Assembly: GCF_028641065.1 (NCBI RefSeq)
Contig: NC_073405.1
Span: 14,012,001 to 14,076,000 of the forward strand
Source: Leucoraja erinacea
Lineage: Eukaryota
Length of the DNA: 64,000 nucleotides
Direction of reading: 5' to 3'
The notes beneath the pieces are model-generated. The model saw nothing but the letters and a program-made list of their open reading frames with translations. It searched no databases and was not told where the DNA came from. Shown piece by piece: positions 1 through 12,299 of the stretch. How positions within the stretch are numbered: the first letter of the stretch is position 1; each line of letters opens with the position of its first letter. Both the position numbers and the translations under genes were made by a program.

Positions 1-181
1 AGCTGCACCAATCCAGGCAATATTCCACCTCATTCCTGACACACCCTTGCAAGTGGTGAAGAACATTCGCTGTGGTGGATGGGCACTTGATCACTTACCG
101 AGAAGATAATAAATTGCCGTTGACTTCATGCGTTTGGTCTACTGTGCTGCTCCCGCTAACCACCTCAAGTTAGAAGAGTTA

Positions 182-408
182 TGCCCCTGTCCCACTTAGG
201 AAACCTGAACGGAAACCTCTGGAGACGTTGCGTCCCACCCAAGGTTTCCGTGCGGTTCCCGGAGGTTGCAGGTGGTTGCTTGGAGGTTGCAGGTAGTGGA
301 AGCAGGTAGGGAGACTGACAAACACCTCCGGGAACCACACGGAAATCTTGGGTGGGGCGCAAAGTCTCCAGAGGTTTCCGTTCAGGTTTCCTAATTGGGA
401 CAGGGGCA
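182..408. mobile_element. MITE with ~45-bp terminal inverted repeats, PIF/Harbinger-like
   Basis: TGCCCCTGTCCCACTTAGGAAACCTGAACGGAAACCTCTGGAGAC (182-226) is the reverse complement of 364-408 with one mismatch; flanked by TTA (179-181) and TAA (409-411), the TWA target typical of Harbinger. Confidence 0.8.
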
Positions 409-412
409 TAAG

Positions 413-692
413 GGGCGAGACAGTGGCGCAGTGGGTAAAGTTGCTGCCTTGCAGTGCCCGAGACCTGGGTTCAATCTTGACTATAAGTGCCCTCTGTACC
501 GAATTTGCAAGTTGTGTCTGCGACCGTGTGGGTTTTCTCCAGGTGCTCCAGTTTCCTCCCACATAGCAAAGGCGTGCAGGTTTGAAGGTTTAATTGCTCT
601 GTAAACTGTCACTAGTGTGTCGGATAGAACTAGTGTACAGGGATCACTGTAGGTGTGGACATGGTGGGCCACACAGTGTCTCTAAAACTAAA
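413..692 (+). mobile_element. tRNA-derived V-SINE (HE1-like)
   Basis: A/B-box-like head (CAGTGGCGCAGTGG...GGTTCAATC), V-domain (GTGGGTTTTCTCCAGGTGCTCCAGTTTCCTCCCACA), CTAAAA tail; several other copies in the window. Confidence 0.75.
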
Positions 693-731
693 ACGAAGAC
701 ACAGGAGGCAATCTGCGTTTTCTGCTGGAAC

Positions 732-832
732 AGGTCAAAGGTCATATGGCAGGTATATGACTGACCCAGCCATTCACTTTAGGCAGGGCCAGACAAAGGC
801 TGACCTGATGCCCTTCACAGTTCAAAAGGCTA
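732..832. promoter_or_regulatory. Cluster of nuclear-receptor direct-repeat elements (perfect DR1 plus two DR2-like sites)
   Basis: AGGTCA-A-AGGTCA at 732-744; TGACCT-GA-TGCCCT at 801-814; AGTTCA-AA-AGGCTA at 819-832, in non-repeat sequence. Confidence 0.45.
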
Positions 833-1359
833 TCTTTGAAGATCAGAGTCGCAGAAAGGGGGGGGGGGGTGTGTGATGTACAGCAACAGGTGTATATTTG
901 CCCCCCTGGCAGCGTGTAGTTCCAGGAGCAGAGGGGGTAAACCACGAGAGGAGGAAATTCAATCATCAGGGAGATAAGAGCAGAGAGGAGAAGGGAAGAG
1001 ATAACAAACAGTCAGCTGTAGCTTTCAACATCTCACTGCCAGTGCCTAAATTAGATATGCAAATTACATAGTGTAGGGGCTTCAATCAAATCTAATTCGA
1101 GAGAGAAAAAAAATTCCAACAACCATTGTGTCACGGGGATGAACGGATTCTATACCGGTTTCGTTTCACTGACAAGGAGATGTTTCTTAATTCAATTCAA
1201 AGTACCCCTTCCCCACAATAGATATTTTAACATAGAACAATGCAACACACGAACAGGCTCTTCGGCCCACAAAATCTGTGCTGAACACGATGCTGTGTTC
1301 ACATTTCGTTTGGACCTCAACGGGGTCCAAATGACAAATAAATTGTATTGTATTGTATT

Positions 1360-1660
1360 GTGTTGCCAGGACTCGAGGGGCTAAGCTTTAGGGAGCGGTT
1401 GGGCAGGCTACAACTTTATTCCTTGCAATGCTGGAGGCTGAGAGGGGTGATCTGAGAGAGGTGTATAAAATCATGAGGGGAATAGATAGGGTGAATACGC
1501 AATCTTTTACCCAATGGTAGGTGAATCAAAAACAGGAGGACAAAGTTGAAGGGGGCAAAATTTAATACAAACCTAATGGGAAAGTTTTTCATTCAGAGGG
1601 TGGTATTTATATGGAACGAGCTGCCAGAGGTGGTAATTGAGGCAGATTCTATAACAGATT
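1360..1660 (+). mobile_element. CR1 LINE ORF2 3' fragment, decayed
   Basis: Residual GDL-EVYKIMRGIDRV and FFIQRVVFIWNELPEVV motifs. Confidence 0.7.
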
Positions 1661-4600
1661 CTATAACTGGTGATCTCGCTGAGAGATCCCAGGCTCCCGA
1701 TGTTAAAGTCAATGCTCCAAAGACCCGCAGCTCCGCAATGTTTTTATCGGCGGTCTCAGCTCACTGGAGTTCCAGCGCGGTGACCCGGGTACCATCGCCC
1801 GGCTAGGGCATAGCGCTCCAGCGCTGTGCCGCTCCGAAGCGAGGTTTCTGCTCCGACAGCGCCGCTGTGCCGCTGCCCGAAGCCGAGGTTCTGGGGTAGG
1901 TCCCCCTCACCCTCACCCTCGTCCCCCCACATCCCTCCAGCAAAAAACCCAACTAACTAAAAATAGTAAAAGAGAAGAAACGGACAGCTGCAGGCTGGGC
2001 AGCCAAACCATACAGGACGTATCCATCCCTTCAGCATGGATGAGTTAGGTTGAAAGTCCTGTTTCCATGCTGTATGAAAAGAAAAATAAATATATAGAGA
2101 AACCCACCACAACTCTTTAGACAGCACCATTCAAAGCCATGACCTCTGCCAGTGAGAAGGGCAAGGGCAACAAAAGCACAGGAACATCGCCAACAGGTAG
2201 TTGCGATCCAAGCCACACACCATCTTCATCTGGACATTTATTGCTGTTCCTGAGAAACCAGGATCATGGAAAATCTCTCCCCAGCAGCATTGTAGGTAGA
2301 CTGCAACACAAGGTTTCTATGTTAAGAGGGATAGGGGCCAAATGCGGGCAACTACAACTAGCTTAAATGGGCCATCTTGGTTCACATGGGTGAGTTGGGC
2401 TGCTTGTGTGCTGTATGACTCTATGACAAGAACTAATTTGGCTATGCGGCAAAAAGCCAAAACTGCAGGTGCTGAACATCTGAAATAAACAGCAATAGCT
2501 GGAAATGCTCAGCAGGTCGATCAGTGTCTGAGAACCAGTTACTGTTTCGGGTTGATGGTTCTTCAGTAGGACCAGTGGACAGTTCATCAGTCTGAAAGCT
2601 TAATTCTGCCCAGCAGTGCACATTTACTGCCAGAGATGTAGTGAATAACAATGCTTGGGACATGCAAATACTGTCACTGATCACCATGATGTCACTTGTC
2701 CACTGCTAAACAGCTAGGAAACTGTAACTCCCACCATCCAGGCCATGGAGTCTTGAGCAATAAGTAGAGATCTCTGGAGCCTGGTCACACTCCAGGGTCT
2801 CAGGACCAGGGCTGGCCAAGGTCCCATTCGGTGTGTGTTCTTCCTCGGCAGTCCCTTGGGATAGAAGGTGATGCTTCCACTCAGGCTTCATTGTTCTGAG
2901 GTGGTGGATGAGGCCATGAGGAACTGCAGACGCTGCCATGGAAGGAGTGGGAGGGGGTTGATGGTGTGGGTGGGTGGAGTGTGAGGTGGTGCACAAGGGA
3001 ATGCGATGGAGATCACCCTTGAACTGCCACCCCAACAGCACCAGAGGGCCAGGGATTGAAGAAGGCAGCTCACCCCCACTTTCTCAAGGGCAGTTATAGA
3101 TGGGCAGAATGGCCTTTGCCAGTGAGATACCAGGCCAGTCTGGACTGGTGACCAGCGGGTAGTAAGGTCAGTACCAAGGGCTGTAGGCTCCCTTGCTGCT
3201 GCAAAGCTTAGCATTCGAGGGTCAGGCTGAGGCCCCACTACTGGGTTTTATTGACAGCACTCACCTCACACGTACAACACTGTAGGGGTCCAAACCCCAT
3301 TCTAGAGAAAACGGACTGGATTCCTGGCTGGAAGTTCCCGGTGCGGTGTTGAGGAACAAATGCTCTGTTGGGGGTTCCCGTTTAGTGAATGTAAAGATCA
3401 GCAGTATTATTTATTAGAAGCGTCAAGAGATTCTCCAAAGTGGAAACGCAAGGAACTGCAGATGCTAGAATCTTGAGTAAAACGCAAACTGCTGGAGGGA
3501 CCCAGCGGGTCAGGCAGCATCTGTGGAGGGAATGGACAAATAATATTTTGGGTCATTACCCTTCTTCAGATTGATTGTAACAGGAGAGGAAAGCTGTAAA
3601 AGCGATGGGGCCAGGACAAAGCCTGGCAATTCATTCAGAGGGTGGTGAATCTGTGGAATTCATCGCCACAGACGGGTGTGGAGGCATTCAATGGACATTT
3701 GTACGGCGGAGATTGACAGATTTTTGATTAGTATAAGTATCAGGGGTTATGGGGAGAAGGCAGGAGAATGGGGTTGAGAGGAAAAGATAGGTCAACCATG
3801 ATTAAATGACAGAGTAAATTAGATGGGTTGAATGGCTTAATTCTGCTCCTAGAACTTACAAACTTACTGTATGGAGAGTCTCGGTCAATAGTTATGCCCC
3901 TGTCGGTATCCCCACAGTAAATTCTAACTGGTTGCTATATCACTGGTGTGTGTGTGTGTGTTGCGTTCCAAAATTCCAACGTGTCCACTTTCATCTTGTG
4001 TCCCTGAAGGGCAGGGAGTTGTACTGACCAACAACGAACAGCAGCAATTAACACCCCCAAACCACACCCCACTTTGACACTGCAACCTCTCTCCACCTAG
4101 CCTGATTGAGCAAAGCAGCGAGGTCCTCGCCCCCCCCCCCCCCAACAACATCTCTACAACTTCTTCTTTCTGCCGGTCTGCAGGCATTGTGGTGCTGTGC
4201 TAACCAACAGAAATAGCACCCCTGGCCTCGGTGCGGTGAACCCCAGCGCATCTCTTTTGAGGAAAGGGCTTATCGCTTGACACAGGTAAACCCACCCGAG
4301 CGAGATGACTCAGACCTCTCTGCACATTCGGCCGTTTGAGCAACAAGTCGTGCCGGATTGCAGTCTCAGGGCGCTGATCTATCTTCAGCCGCTGCAGCAG
4401 CAAGCTCCTATTAATAGAGTTCAGATGCAAACATTTATATCATCAACTGGACACCTTGCACACACATACATTCTGACATTTCCTTTCTCAGGCCTCCTTA
4501 GGGACTGAACTGCAAAAAGCAATAATATGCTGAAGAACAAAGGCAAGTCTATAAATCATTGAAGAGTCTTCAAAGACCTTTGGGTGATATACCCATCGCC

Positions 4601-5853
4601 CCACCCCAGCGCATCGACTCACTGGGGAATGGGGGGAATGGGAGGAATGGACAACCATCCTGTGCTCTGGGGGAAGATGGTGATACAACTGATGGTGTCT
4701 CTGGGTCACTTCAGGGCAGTGGTCTTGCATCCACTGGTGTCACAGAAAGGTTTCATACAATTGATAGATTCCCTTCTCGAAATTGGTGGATCTCACTAGT
4801 CTTCATAGTGTCCAATAGATTCACAAGGGCATCTGACCATTTTAATGACATTATCAACGTCTGGTCACAATGTGTGCAGTTTTCCTAACTAATCCCCTCA
4901 TGATCTTATACACCTCTATAAGATCACTCCTCCTGCTCGCCAAGGAATAAAGTCCTAGTCTGCTCAACCTCTCCCCAAAGCTCAGGCCTTTGATTCCTGG
5001 CATCATATCTTCCCCGCACCCTTTCCAACTTAACAACATATTTCCTATAACAGGATGACCAAAACAGAACACAGAACAAAACAGAAAGCGTTAAGACCCC
5101 TTTCCCAATAGTATCAATAAGCTTGGAGGAGTGGGGTGGGGTTGGATGGGGTGAGGGACTGAGGGAAACCTTTCCCCAGAGGGTGGTGGGGTCTGGAACT
5201 CACTGTCCTACAGGGTGGGAGAGGCAGAGACGTGCACAGCTTCACACGGTACCTGGATAAACCTGAGGACCAAAGACCGCGTATGGGGTAGTGGGAATGG
5301 GCTGAGAGTCTCTCAACTCTCAACTGGAATGGAGCTTCAGGTGAAGAGCCGTTCCCTTTGTTTAAATTGTCGCTGATTCTACAAGCAATGAACCACAGTC
5401 CATGTAACGTAGGCGCTGCCAATTTGTACGCAGTAAACCCTCTCAATCAGGGTGGAGGCCGGGTAATCTGATCAACCTCCCATGTGCTCCAAGATAAACT
5501 CCTTCACTGTTCCCTTTACCACCAATTGTGGAGCCATCCACAAACCTACTTCCAAATTGTTAATACAAATAGTGAAGAACGGTGGACCCAGCAACGATCT
5601 CTGTGGTGCACCACGTGCTACTGGCCTCCAGTCTGAAAAACAATTCACGACCACAAACCCTCTGCATTCCTGCATTCAAGCCCACTTTGTATCCAATTGG
5701 CTAGCTCACCCCGAATCCCATGTGATAGAATAATAGTCGTGCATTCATACAGCACGGGAACAGGCCCATTGGCCCACTTGCCCATGCTGACCAAGATGCC
5801 CCATCTACACTAGTTCCACGTGCCTGTGCTTGGCCCATATCCCTCTGAACCTT

Positions 5854-6066
5854 GTGTTTAAGAAGGAACTGCAGATGTTGGAAAATCGAAGGTACACAAA
5901 TATGCTGGAGAAACTCAGTGAGTGCAGCAGCATCTATGGAGCGAAGGAAATAGGCAACGTTGCGGGCCGAAACCCTTTGGGTTTCGGCCCGAAACGTTGC
6001 CTATTTCCTTCGCTCCATAGATGCTGCTGCACCCGCTGAGTTTCTTCAGCATTTTTGTGCCCCGCG
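5854..6066. mobile_element. Fold-back (palindromic) non-autonomous Penelope-terminus element inserted in a CR1 tail
   Basis: Two inverted copies of the terminus meet at GAAACCC-TTT-GGGTTTC; TSD GAACCTT at 5847-5853 and 6067-6073. Confidence 0.75.
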
Positions 6067-7896
6067 GAACCTTTCCTATCCAAATGTATTTTAAATGTCG
6101 CTATAGTACCTGCCTCAACTACATGTTCATTCCATGCACCTACCACGGTTTGTGCAAAGAGGTTGCCCCTCAGGTTCCTGTTAAATCTTTCCCCTCTCAC
6201 GTTAAACCGATATCTTCTGGTTTTTGATTCCGCTACTCTAGGTAAAAGACTAGACATGTGATCTAACCTTCCAGACCAGCATACAATGTGGAACCTTACT
6301 AAGTCCCTGTAGTCTGATATACTGTAAGGCATAGATAGAGTCGACAGTCAGAAGCTTTTTCACAGAGTGGAACTGTCAAAGTCCGGAGGGGCATAGCTTT
6401 AAGAGTACAAGGGGCAAAGTCTAAAGGAGATGTGCGGGGCAGGTTTTTTTTGCACAGAGGGTGGAGGGTGTCTGGAAAGTGCTGCCATGGGTGGTGTTGG
6501 AGCCCCTCAGCCTGAAGAAGGGTCCCCACCCGAAGCGTCACCCATTCCTTCTCTCCAGAGATGCTGCCTTCCCACTGAGTTACTCCAGCTTTTTGTGGCC
6601 ACCGCAGTCAAATAGTTGAGACACAATTTCCCATGCACTAAGCCTTGCTGACTTTCCTCATATATAACCTTAATCAGTCCGTACCTTTCCAAATGTACCT
6701 AGATCCAACCCCTCAGAAACTCTTCCAATAATTGACCCACAAACTAATGTCAGGCTCAACGACTTGTACGTATTTCCCAGGCTTTTCCTTTCAGTCTTTC
6801 TTAAACAGAGCTGGAATGTTAGACATCATCAAGTCTTGTAGCATCTCACTCATGGCTATCGATGTTACAAATATCTCTGCCAGAGGCCTGGTAATGTCTT
6901 CTGTAGCTTCGAACCAAGGGACCAAATGACCTCAGCGATGTGGAGTGATCTCACCTGAAGAAATGGCTCACCGTGGAACAGAGGCAGTTAAAGCAGTTCA
7001 TTTACTGCTGAGTCCAACACTATGGGTGTTTCAATGAAGAAGGGTGTGGTGAAGTGGCAGGAGGTTCAGTGACAGAGGACATGGATTGAAGATAATTGGC
7101 AAAGGGATCAAAGGAGACCTGAGAAATTGGTCCTAACGCAGCGAGTTGCTCGGATGTGGACCCCACTGCTTGCAAGTAGGTAGGTCGGAATTAGCAAAGG
7201 GGAAATGTCTGTGTGCCCTGCCACAGACATCCCAACGTTGATTGCATCTGCCCTTCACGCTGCCTCGGGAAAACAACCAACACAATCAAAGAGTTAGAAG
7301 TTATGAATTGCAGGTGCTGGTTCGCACAAAAGGACACAAAGTGCTGGAGTAACTCAACGGGTCAGGCAAAAGGTCTCGACTCAGAATGTCACCACAGGGT
7401 GCCGACCCGAAAGATCACCAGAAGGATCCCGACCATATTCTCCGGAGATTCTGAATGACCCGCTGAGTTTCTCCAGCACTTTGTGTCCTTTTCAATTGAA
7501 GACAGCCCACCTCAGACATTCCTTCTTCTCCCTACTCCCATCCAACTGAAGGTACAGAAGCTTGTAAGCGCGCACCACCAGACTCAGGAACAGCTGGTGC
7601 CCCATTGTTACCAGGCCTCTAAATGACCCTCCCTTAAGATAGGATACTGTCTGATTCTCCTCGACCCCATTGCAGACATTGGACTTTGTCTCTGGAACTG
7701 TTGTTCTACAATGATGAGAATTATATTCTGCACTCCCTATATTTGCTCTCCCTATTGTAATTTAGATTGATTTGATTGAATTTATGTATTTCTGACCTGT
7801 TTGTATAGCATACAAAACAGGGGTGGGAGGGTTTTACATAGACAGGGAGGGGTGCAGGTTCTGGAGGGGATTACAGAGATAGATGAGTGTGGAGGT

Positions 7897-9375
7897 TAGA
7901 AAATAGAAACATCGAAAATAGGTGCAGGAGTAGGCCATTCTACCCTTCGAGTCAGCACTGCCATTTAATAGGATTATGGCAGATCATCCAAAATCAGTAC
8001 CCCGTTCCGGCTTTTTCCCCATATCCCTTGATTCCCTTGGTCCTAAGTGCTAAATCAAACTCTCTCTTGAAAACATCCAGTGAATTCGCCTCCACTGCCT
8101 TCTGTGGCAGAGAATTCCACAGATTCATAACTCTCTGGGTGAAAAAGGTTTTTCCTCACCTCAGTCCCAAATGGCCTACCCCTTATTCTTAAACTGTGAC
8201 CTCTGGTTCTGAACTTCCTCAACATCAGGAACATTTTTCCTGCATCTATCCTGTCCAATCCTCTAAGAATTGTATATGTTTCTATATGATCCCCTCTCAT
8301 TCTTCTAAATTTGAGCAAATACAAGCCCAGTCGACCCATTCTTTCATCATATGTCAGTCTCACCATCCCGGGAATTAACCTGGTGAACCTATGCTGCACT
8401 CCCTCAATAGCAATAATGTCCTTCCCCAAATTAGGAGACTAAAATTGCACACAATGCTCCAGAGTCCTGTACGACTGCAGTAGTGCCCCCTTGCTCCTAA
8501 ACTCAAATCCTCTCGTAATGAAGGCCAACACGCCATTAACTTTCTTCACTGCCTGCTGTACCTGCATGCTTAATTTCAGTGACTGATGTACAAGCACACC
8601 CAGGTCTCATTGCACCTCCCCTTCTCCTAATCTGACACCATTCAGATAATAATCTCCCTTCCTGTTCTTGCCACCAAAGTGGATACCTCACATTTATCCA
8701 CATTATACTGCATCTGCCATGCTTCTGCCCACTCACCCAACCTATCGAAGTCACCCTGCAGCCTCATAGCATCCTCCTCGCAGCCTACATTACCACCCAG
8801 CTTTGTGTCATCAGCAAACTTAAGAGATGTTACATTTAATTCCCTCATCTAAATGATTAATATATTGTAAACAACTGGGGTCCCAGCACCGAGTCTTGCA
8901 GCACCCCACTAGTCACTGCCTGCCATTCTGAAAAGGACCCGTTAATTCCTACTCTTTGCTTCCTGTCTGCCAAACCGTTCTCTATCCATGTCAATTTCCT
9001 ACCCCCAATACCATGTGCTCTAATTTTGCACACTAATCTCTTGTGTGGGACTTTGTCAAAGGCTTTTTGAAAGTCCAGATACACCACATCCACTGGCTCT
9101 CCCTTATCCATTCTACTTGTTACATCCTCAAAAAATTCCAAAAGATTTGTCAAGCATGATTTCCCCTATATAAATCCAGGCTGACTTTGTCCAATCCCGT
9201 CACTGCTTTCCAAATGCGCTGCTATAACATCTTCAATAATCAACTCCAGCATCTTCCCCACTGCCGATGTAAGGCAAACTGGTCTACAATTCCCTGTTTT
9301 CTCTCTCCTTTCTTAAAAAGCGGAGTTACATTGGCTACCCTCCAGTCCACAGGAACTGATCCAGAGTAGAGAGAA
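7897..9375 (-). mobile_element. CR1 LINE, 5'-truncated RT region and 3' UTR
   Basis: ORFs 8857-9153 (TNLLEFFEDVT...VYLDFQKAFDKVPH...SVLGPQLFTIY), 8642-8848 (KFADDTKLGG) and 8055-8429; TAGAAA-type tail near 7897. Confidence 0.9.
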
Positions 9376-9462
9376 CATTGTAAAATGTTTTGAGGGGATT
9401 ACAGAGAGGAAGGAGTGTAGATGCTGGAGGGGATTACAGAGACAGGTAGGGGTGTTAGTGCT

Positions 9463-9515
<53 letters not shown>
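9463..9515 (+). repeat. Poly-G homopolymer (~53 nt)
   Basis: Uninterrupted G run; similar runs near 21070-21107, 28183-28224 and 61316-61368. Confidence 0.8.
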
Positions 9516-9516
<1 letters not shown>

Positions 9517-10599
9517 ACAGAGAGGAAGGGGTGTAGAGGCTGGAGGGGGGCACACACTATATTTACAATGGGCCATCACTATGCTGGTACCAATGGTCAG
9601 TCAGTCAGCACAGGGTAAATCTTTCTGAGCCGACCCGTATAATTATTATCTCATCTGGAGGTCATGGGAAAAGCAGTCTGAACACAGGCTCATGTAAACT
9701 CGTTATTCTATATATATTTCAGTAGAATGAGAAAAAGCAGAGATTGTGCTGTCACTGACTGGTTCAAGCTAGCTTCCAGTTTTACCACAAGGCTGTATGC
9801 AGTGGTTTAATGTCCCTGCTAATGGCAGCTTGCTGTCTTGGTGGCTGCTCCTGGTCATCAAGATGCTGTTATCTCCCTGTTTCTCTCCTTCTCTTTGTGT
9901 CTCTCACGCCCTCGATCAGAGAATGTGTCTTTTGTGATCTGTGTGTGTGTCACTCTTAGATTACATGCACCTCTCTCTCTCTCTCTGCTTCTCAGAATGT
10001 ACATTTCTCACTTATTCTGCGAAAGCCTGTGTTTCTCTGATTCTGTTTCACGGGGCCTGTTACTGTTCCTCTCTCTCTCTCTATCTCTCTCTAGAAACAT
10101 GTTATTGTCAATGTTTCTGCATATCTGTCCCTTTGAATGATGGTGTTTGGTTAGCATTAAGTAACAAGGGGCGTTGCGTTGGAGTGAGTACAGATAGATG
10201 CTGAATAACGGAAAGGGTTAGGATATAGAGTCACAGACTCACGGCATCAAGTCCTTTGGTCCAAATCGTCCACACCAACCAAGGAACCTTCATGAACTAG
10301 TTCCATTTGCTTGTATATAGCCCATAGTCAGCTAAACTATTCTTATCCATGTACCTGTCCAAGTGTCTTTTAAGCCATTGCAATTGTATTTGCCTTGACC
10401 ATTTCCTCTGGTAGCTCGTTCTACAAACCCACCACCCTCTGTGTGAAAAAACTTGGCTTTTAAATCTCATCCTTCTCATCGTAAATCTATGCTCTCTATT
10501 CCTCCCAAACCGTGGAAAAAGATTGTGACCATCCACCTTATGATTTTATATACCTCCATATGGTCACCCCCTCATTCTCCAAGATAATCTAACCTCTTG

Positions 10600-11560
10600 C
10601 AATTTGCAAACAAGGAAAATAGATCAATGGAGGACCCCATCTCTCTTACGCTATATTCAGCCCTGGATCACCTTTTCAAAAGCACACCAATGTCAGGATG
10701 CTATTCACTGACAACAGCTCAGCCTTCAACACCATTATACTAAATAAGATCATCCCTAATCTCCTTGAATTTGGCCTTTGGGTCTCTGTCTTCAACTGGC
10801 ACCACCCCACTCCCAACGCTGGTGCCCCTCAGCTTTGTGTGCTCAGTCCCTTGCTCAACGCCTTACACACCCATGACCATGTAGCCATGTACAATGCCAA
10901 CACAATCTTTAAATTTGGCAATGATAGCACAGTTGTTCGCCGGGTCGACGACAACAATGAGACAAAACACAGGAAAGAAACCAAGAACCTTGTGTCATGT
11001 TGTCAGGACAACAACCTAGCCATTAACGCCAGAAGAGTTGCTTGTTGACCAAAGGAAGTGAGGGGGTGTAAAGAATCCTATCAATATTAACAGAACTGCT
11101 TTAGAGATGGTCGAAAGCTTCACGTTCCCAGGCACCCATCTCACCAGCAAACTAACCTGGTCCCTTCTCACTGATACAGTAATGAAGAAAGTGTATCAAT
11201 GTATTTACTTGCTTGGCATCTGAGAAGATTTGGCATGTCCCTGAAGATTTTCTCAGAGTTCTACAGATGTGCTATAGAATGCATTCTGCCGGGATGCATC
11301 GCAGCCTAGTGAAGCAACAGCTCTGCTGTTGACCACTTGAACCTGCAGAGAGTGGTGAACGCAACCCAGTCCATCACAGGCTCGTCACTTCCTTCCATCC
11401 AGTCCATTTTCATGGTGCGGTGTCGCAGGAAGGATGGAGGTGTCGCCAAGGCTGCCCGACACCCTGGCAGTTCCTTTTTCTCTTCCACCTTCTGGGAGAG
11501 GAAAGCTTGAAAGCTTGGACGTTCAGACTTAAGAATAGCTTCTTCTTCACGGCATGGCTG
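10600..11560 (+). mobile_element. Rex1/Babar-type LINE RT fragment, decayed
   Basis: ORF 10698-11048: MLFTDNSSAFNTII...GAPQLCVLSPLLNALHTHD...FKFGNDSTVV. Confidence 0.8.
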
Positions 11561-11596
11561 CTGAACCCACCTCTTGCACACCACCTTCCCTGAGGT

Positions 11597-11824
11597 AGAC
11601 AAAAATGCTGGAGAAACTCAGCGGGTGCAGCAGCATCTATGGAGCGAAGGAAATAGGCAACGTTTCGGGCCAAAACCCTTCTTCAGACTAGCAACGTTTC
11701 GGGCCGAAACCCTTCTTCAGACCCCTCCCTACCTATGTTCAAGACACGTCAGACACTCTCCGTCGTCTCCGCGCATTACATTCTCTAGGCCCTCACCCCC
11801 CTCAAGAAAAAAAACGTTCTTAAA
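11597..11824 (-). mobile_element. Penelope-terminus element with two tandem hammerhead-like cores
   Basis: Minus strand reads CTGAAGAAGGGTTTCGGCCCGAAACGTTGC then TAGT-CTGAAGAAGGGTTTTGGCCCGAAACGTTGCC; 15-bp TSD CACCTTCCCTGAGGT at 11582-11596 and 11825-11839. Confidence 0.75.
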
Positions 11825-11899
11825 CACCTTCCCTGAGGTGCTGCCACATACTCTTACTCCGAACTATCTCATTTGGTTAATCCGTTGTTGTACTTACCG

Positions 11900-12100
11900 A
11901 ATCGACCAGCGATCAACCGTATACTAGTTCGATCCTACAGATCCAGGGACAATTTGGAGAAGCCAATTACAAACTTACAAACATGCAAACCTTCAGAATG
12001 TGGGGAGGAAACTGGAGCACAGTGAGAAAACCCGCACTGTCACAGGGTGAACATACAAACTCTGTTCAGAGAGCACCCATGGTCAGGCTCGAACCCTAAG
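11900..12100 (-). mobile_element. V-SINE copy
   Basis: Reverse complement of the V-domain (GTGGGGAGGAAACTGGAGCAC...GAAAACCC). Confidence 0.65.
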
Positions 12101-12299
12101 TCTCAGAATATCCTCTCTCAACCATTTCACCTCTCTCTCTTCCTTTAAAACCTAACTCTTTGACCAGCCTTAGCTCACTTCCCCTAACGTCTCCCTGACG
12201 CATTGATGGTCAAATATGGTGCGATGGTCCTCTTGTGGTGCACCTCAGGCATCTCACACTGTTGCCCTTCTTCCCTGATCGGGCCCTGCACGTGTGCTT

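Noticed and set aside
413-480. tRNA-like A/B boxes (also ~29900, ~52806)
   Set aside because: They are SINE heads continuing into the V-domain, with no full cloverleaf
9463-9515. Poly-Pro/poly-Gly ORFs and G-quadruplex potential from long G runs (also ~21070, ~28183, ~61316)
   Set aside because: Pure homopolymers; length may be a sequencing or assembly artefact and the ORFs have no other coding signal
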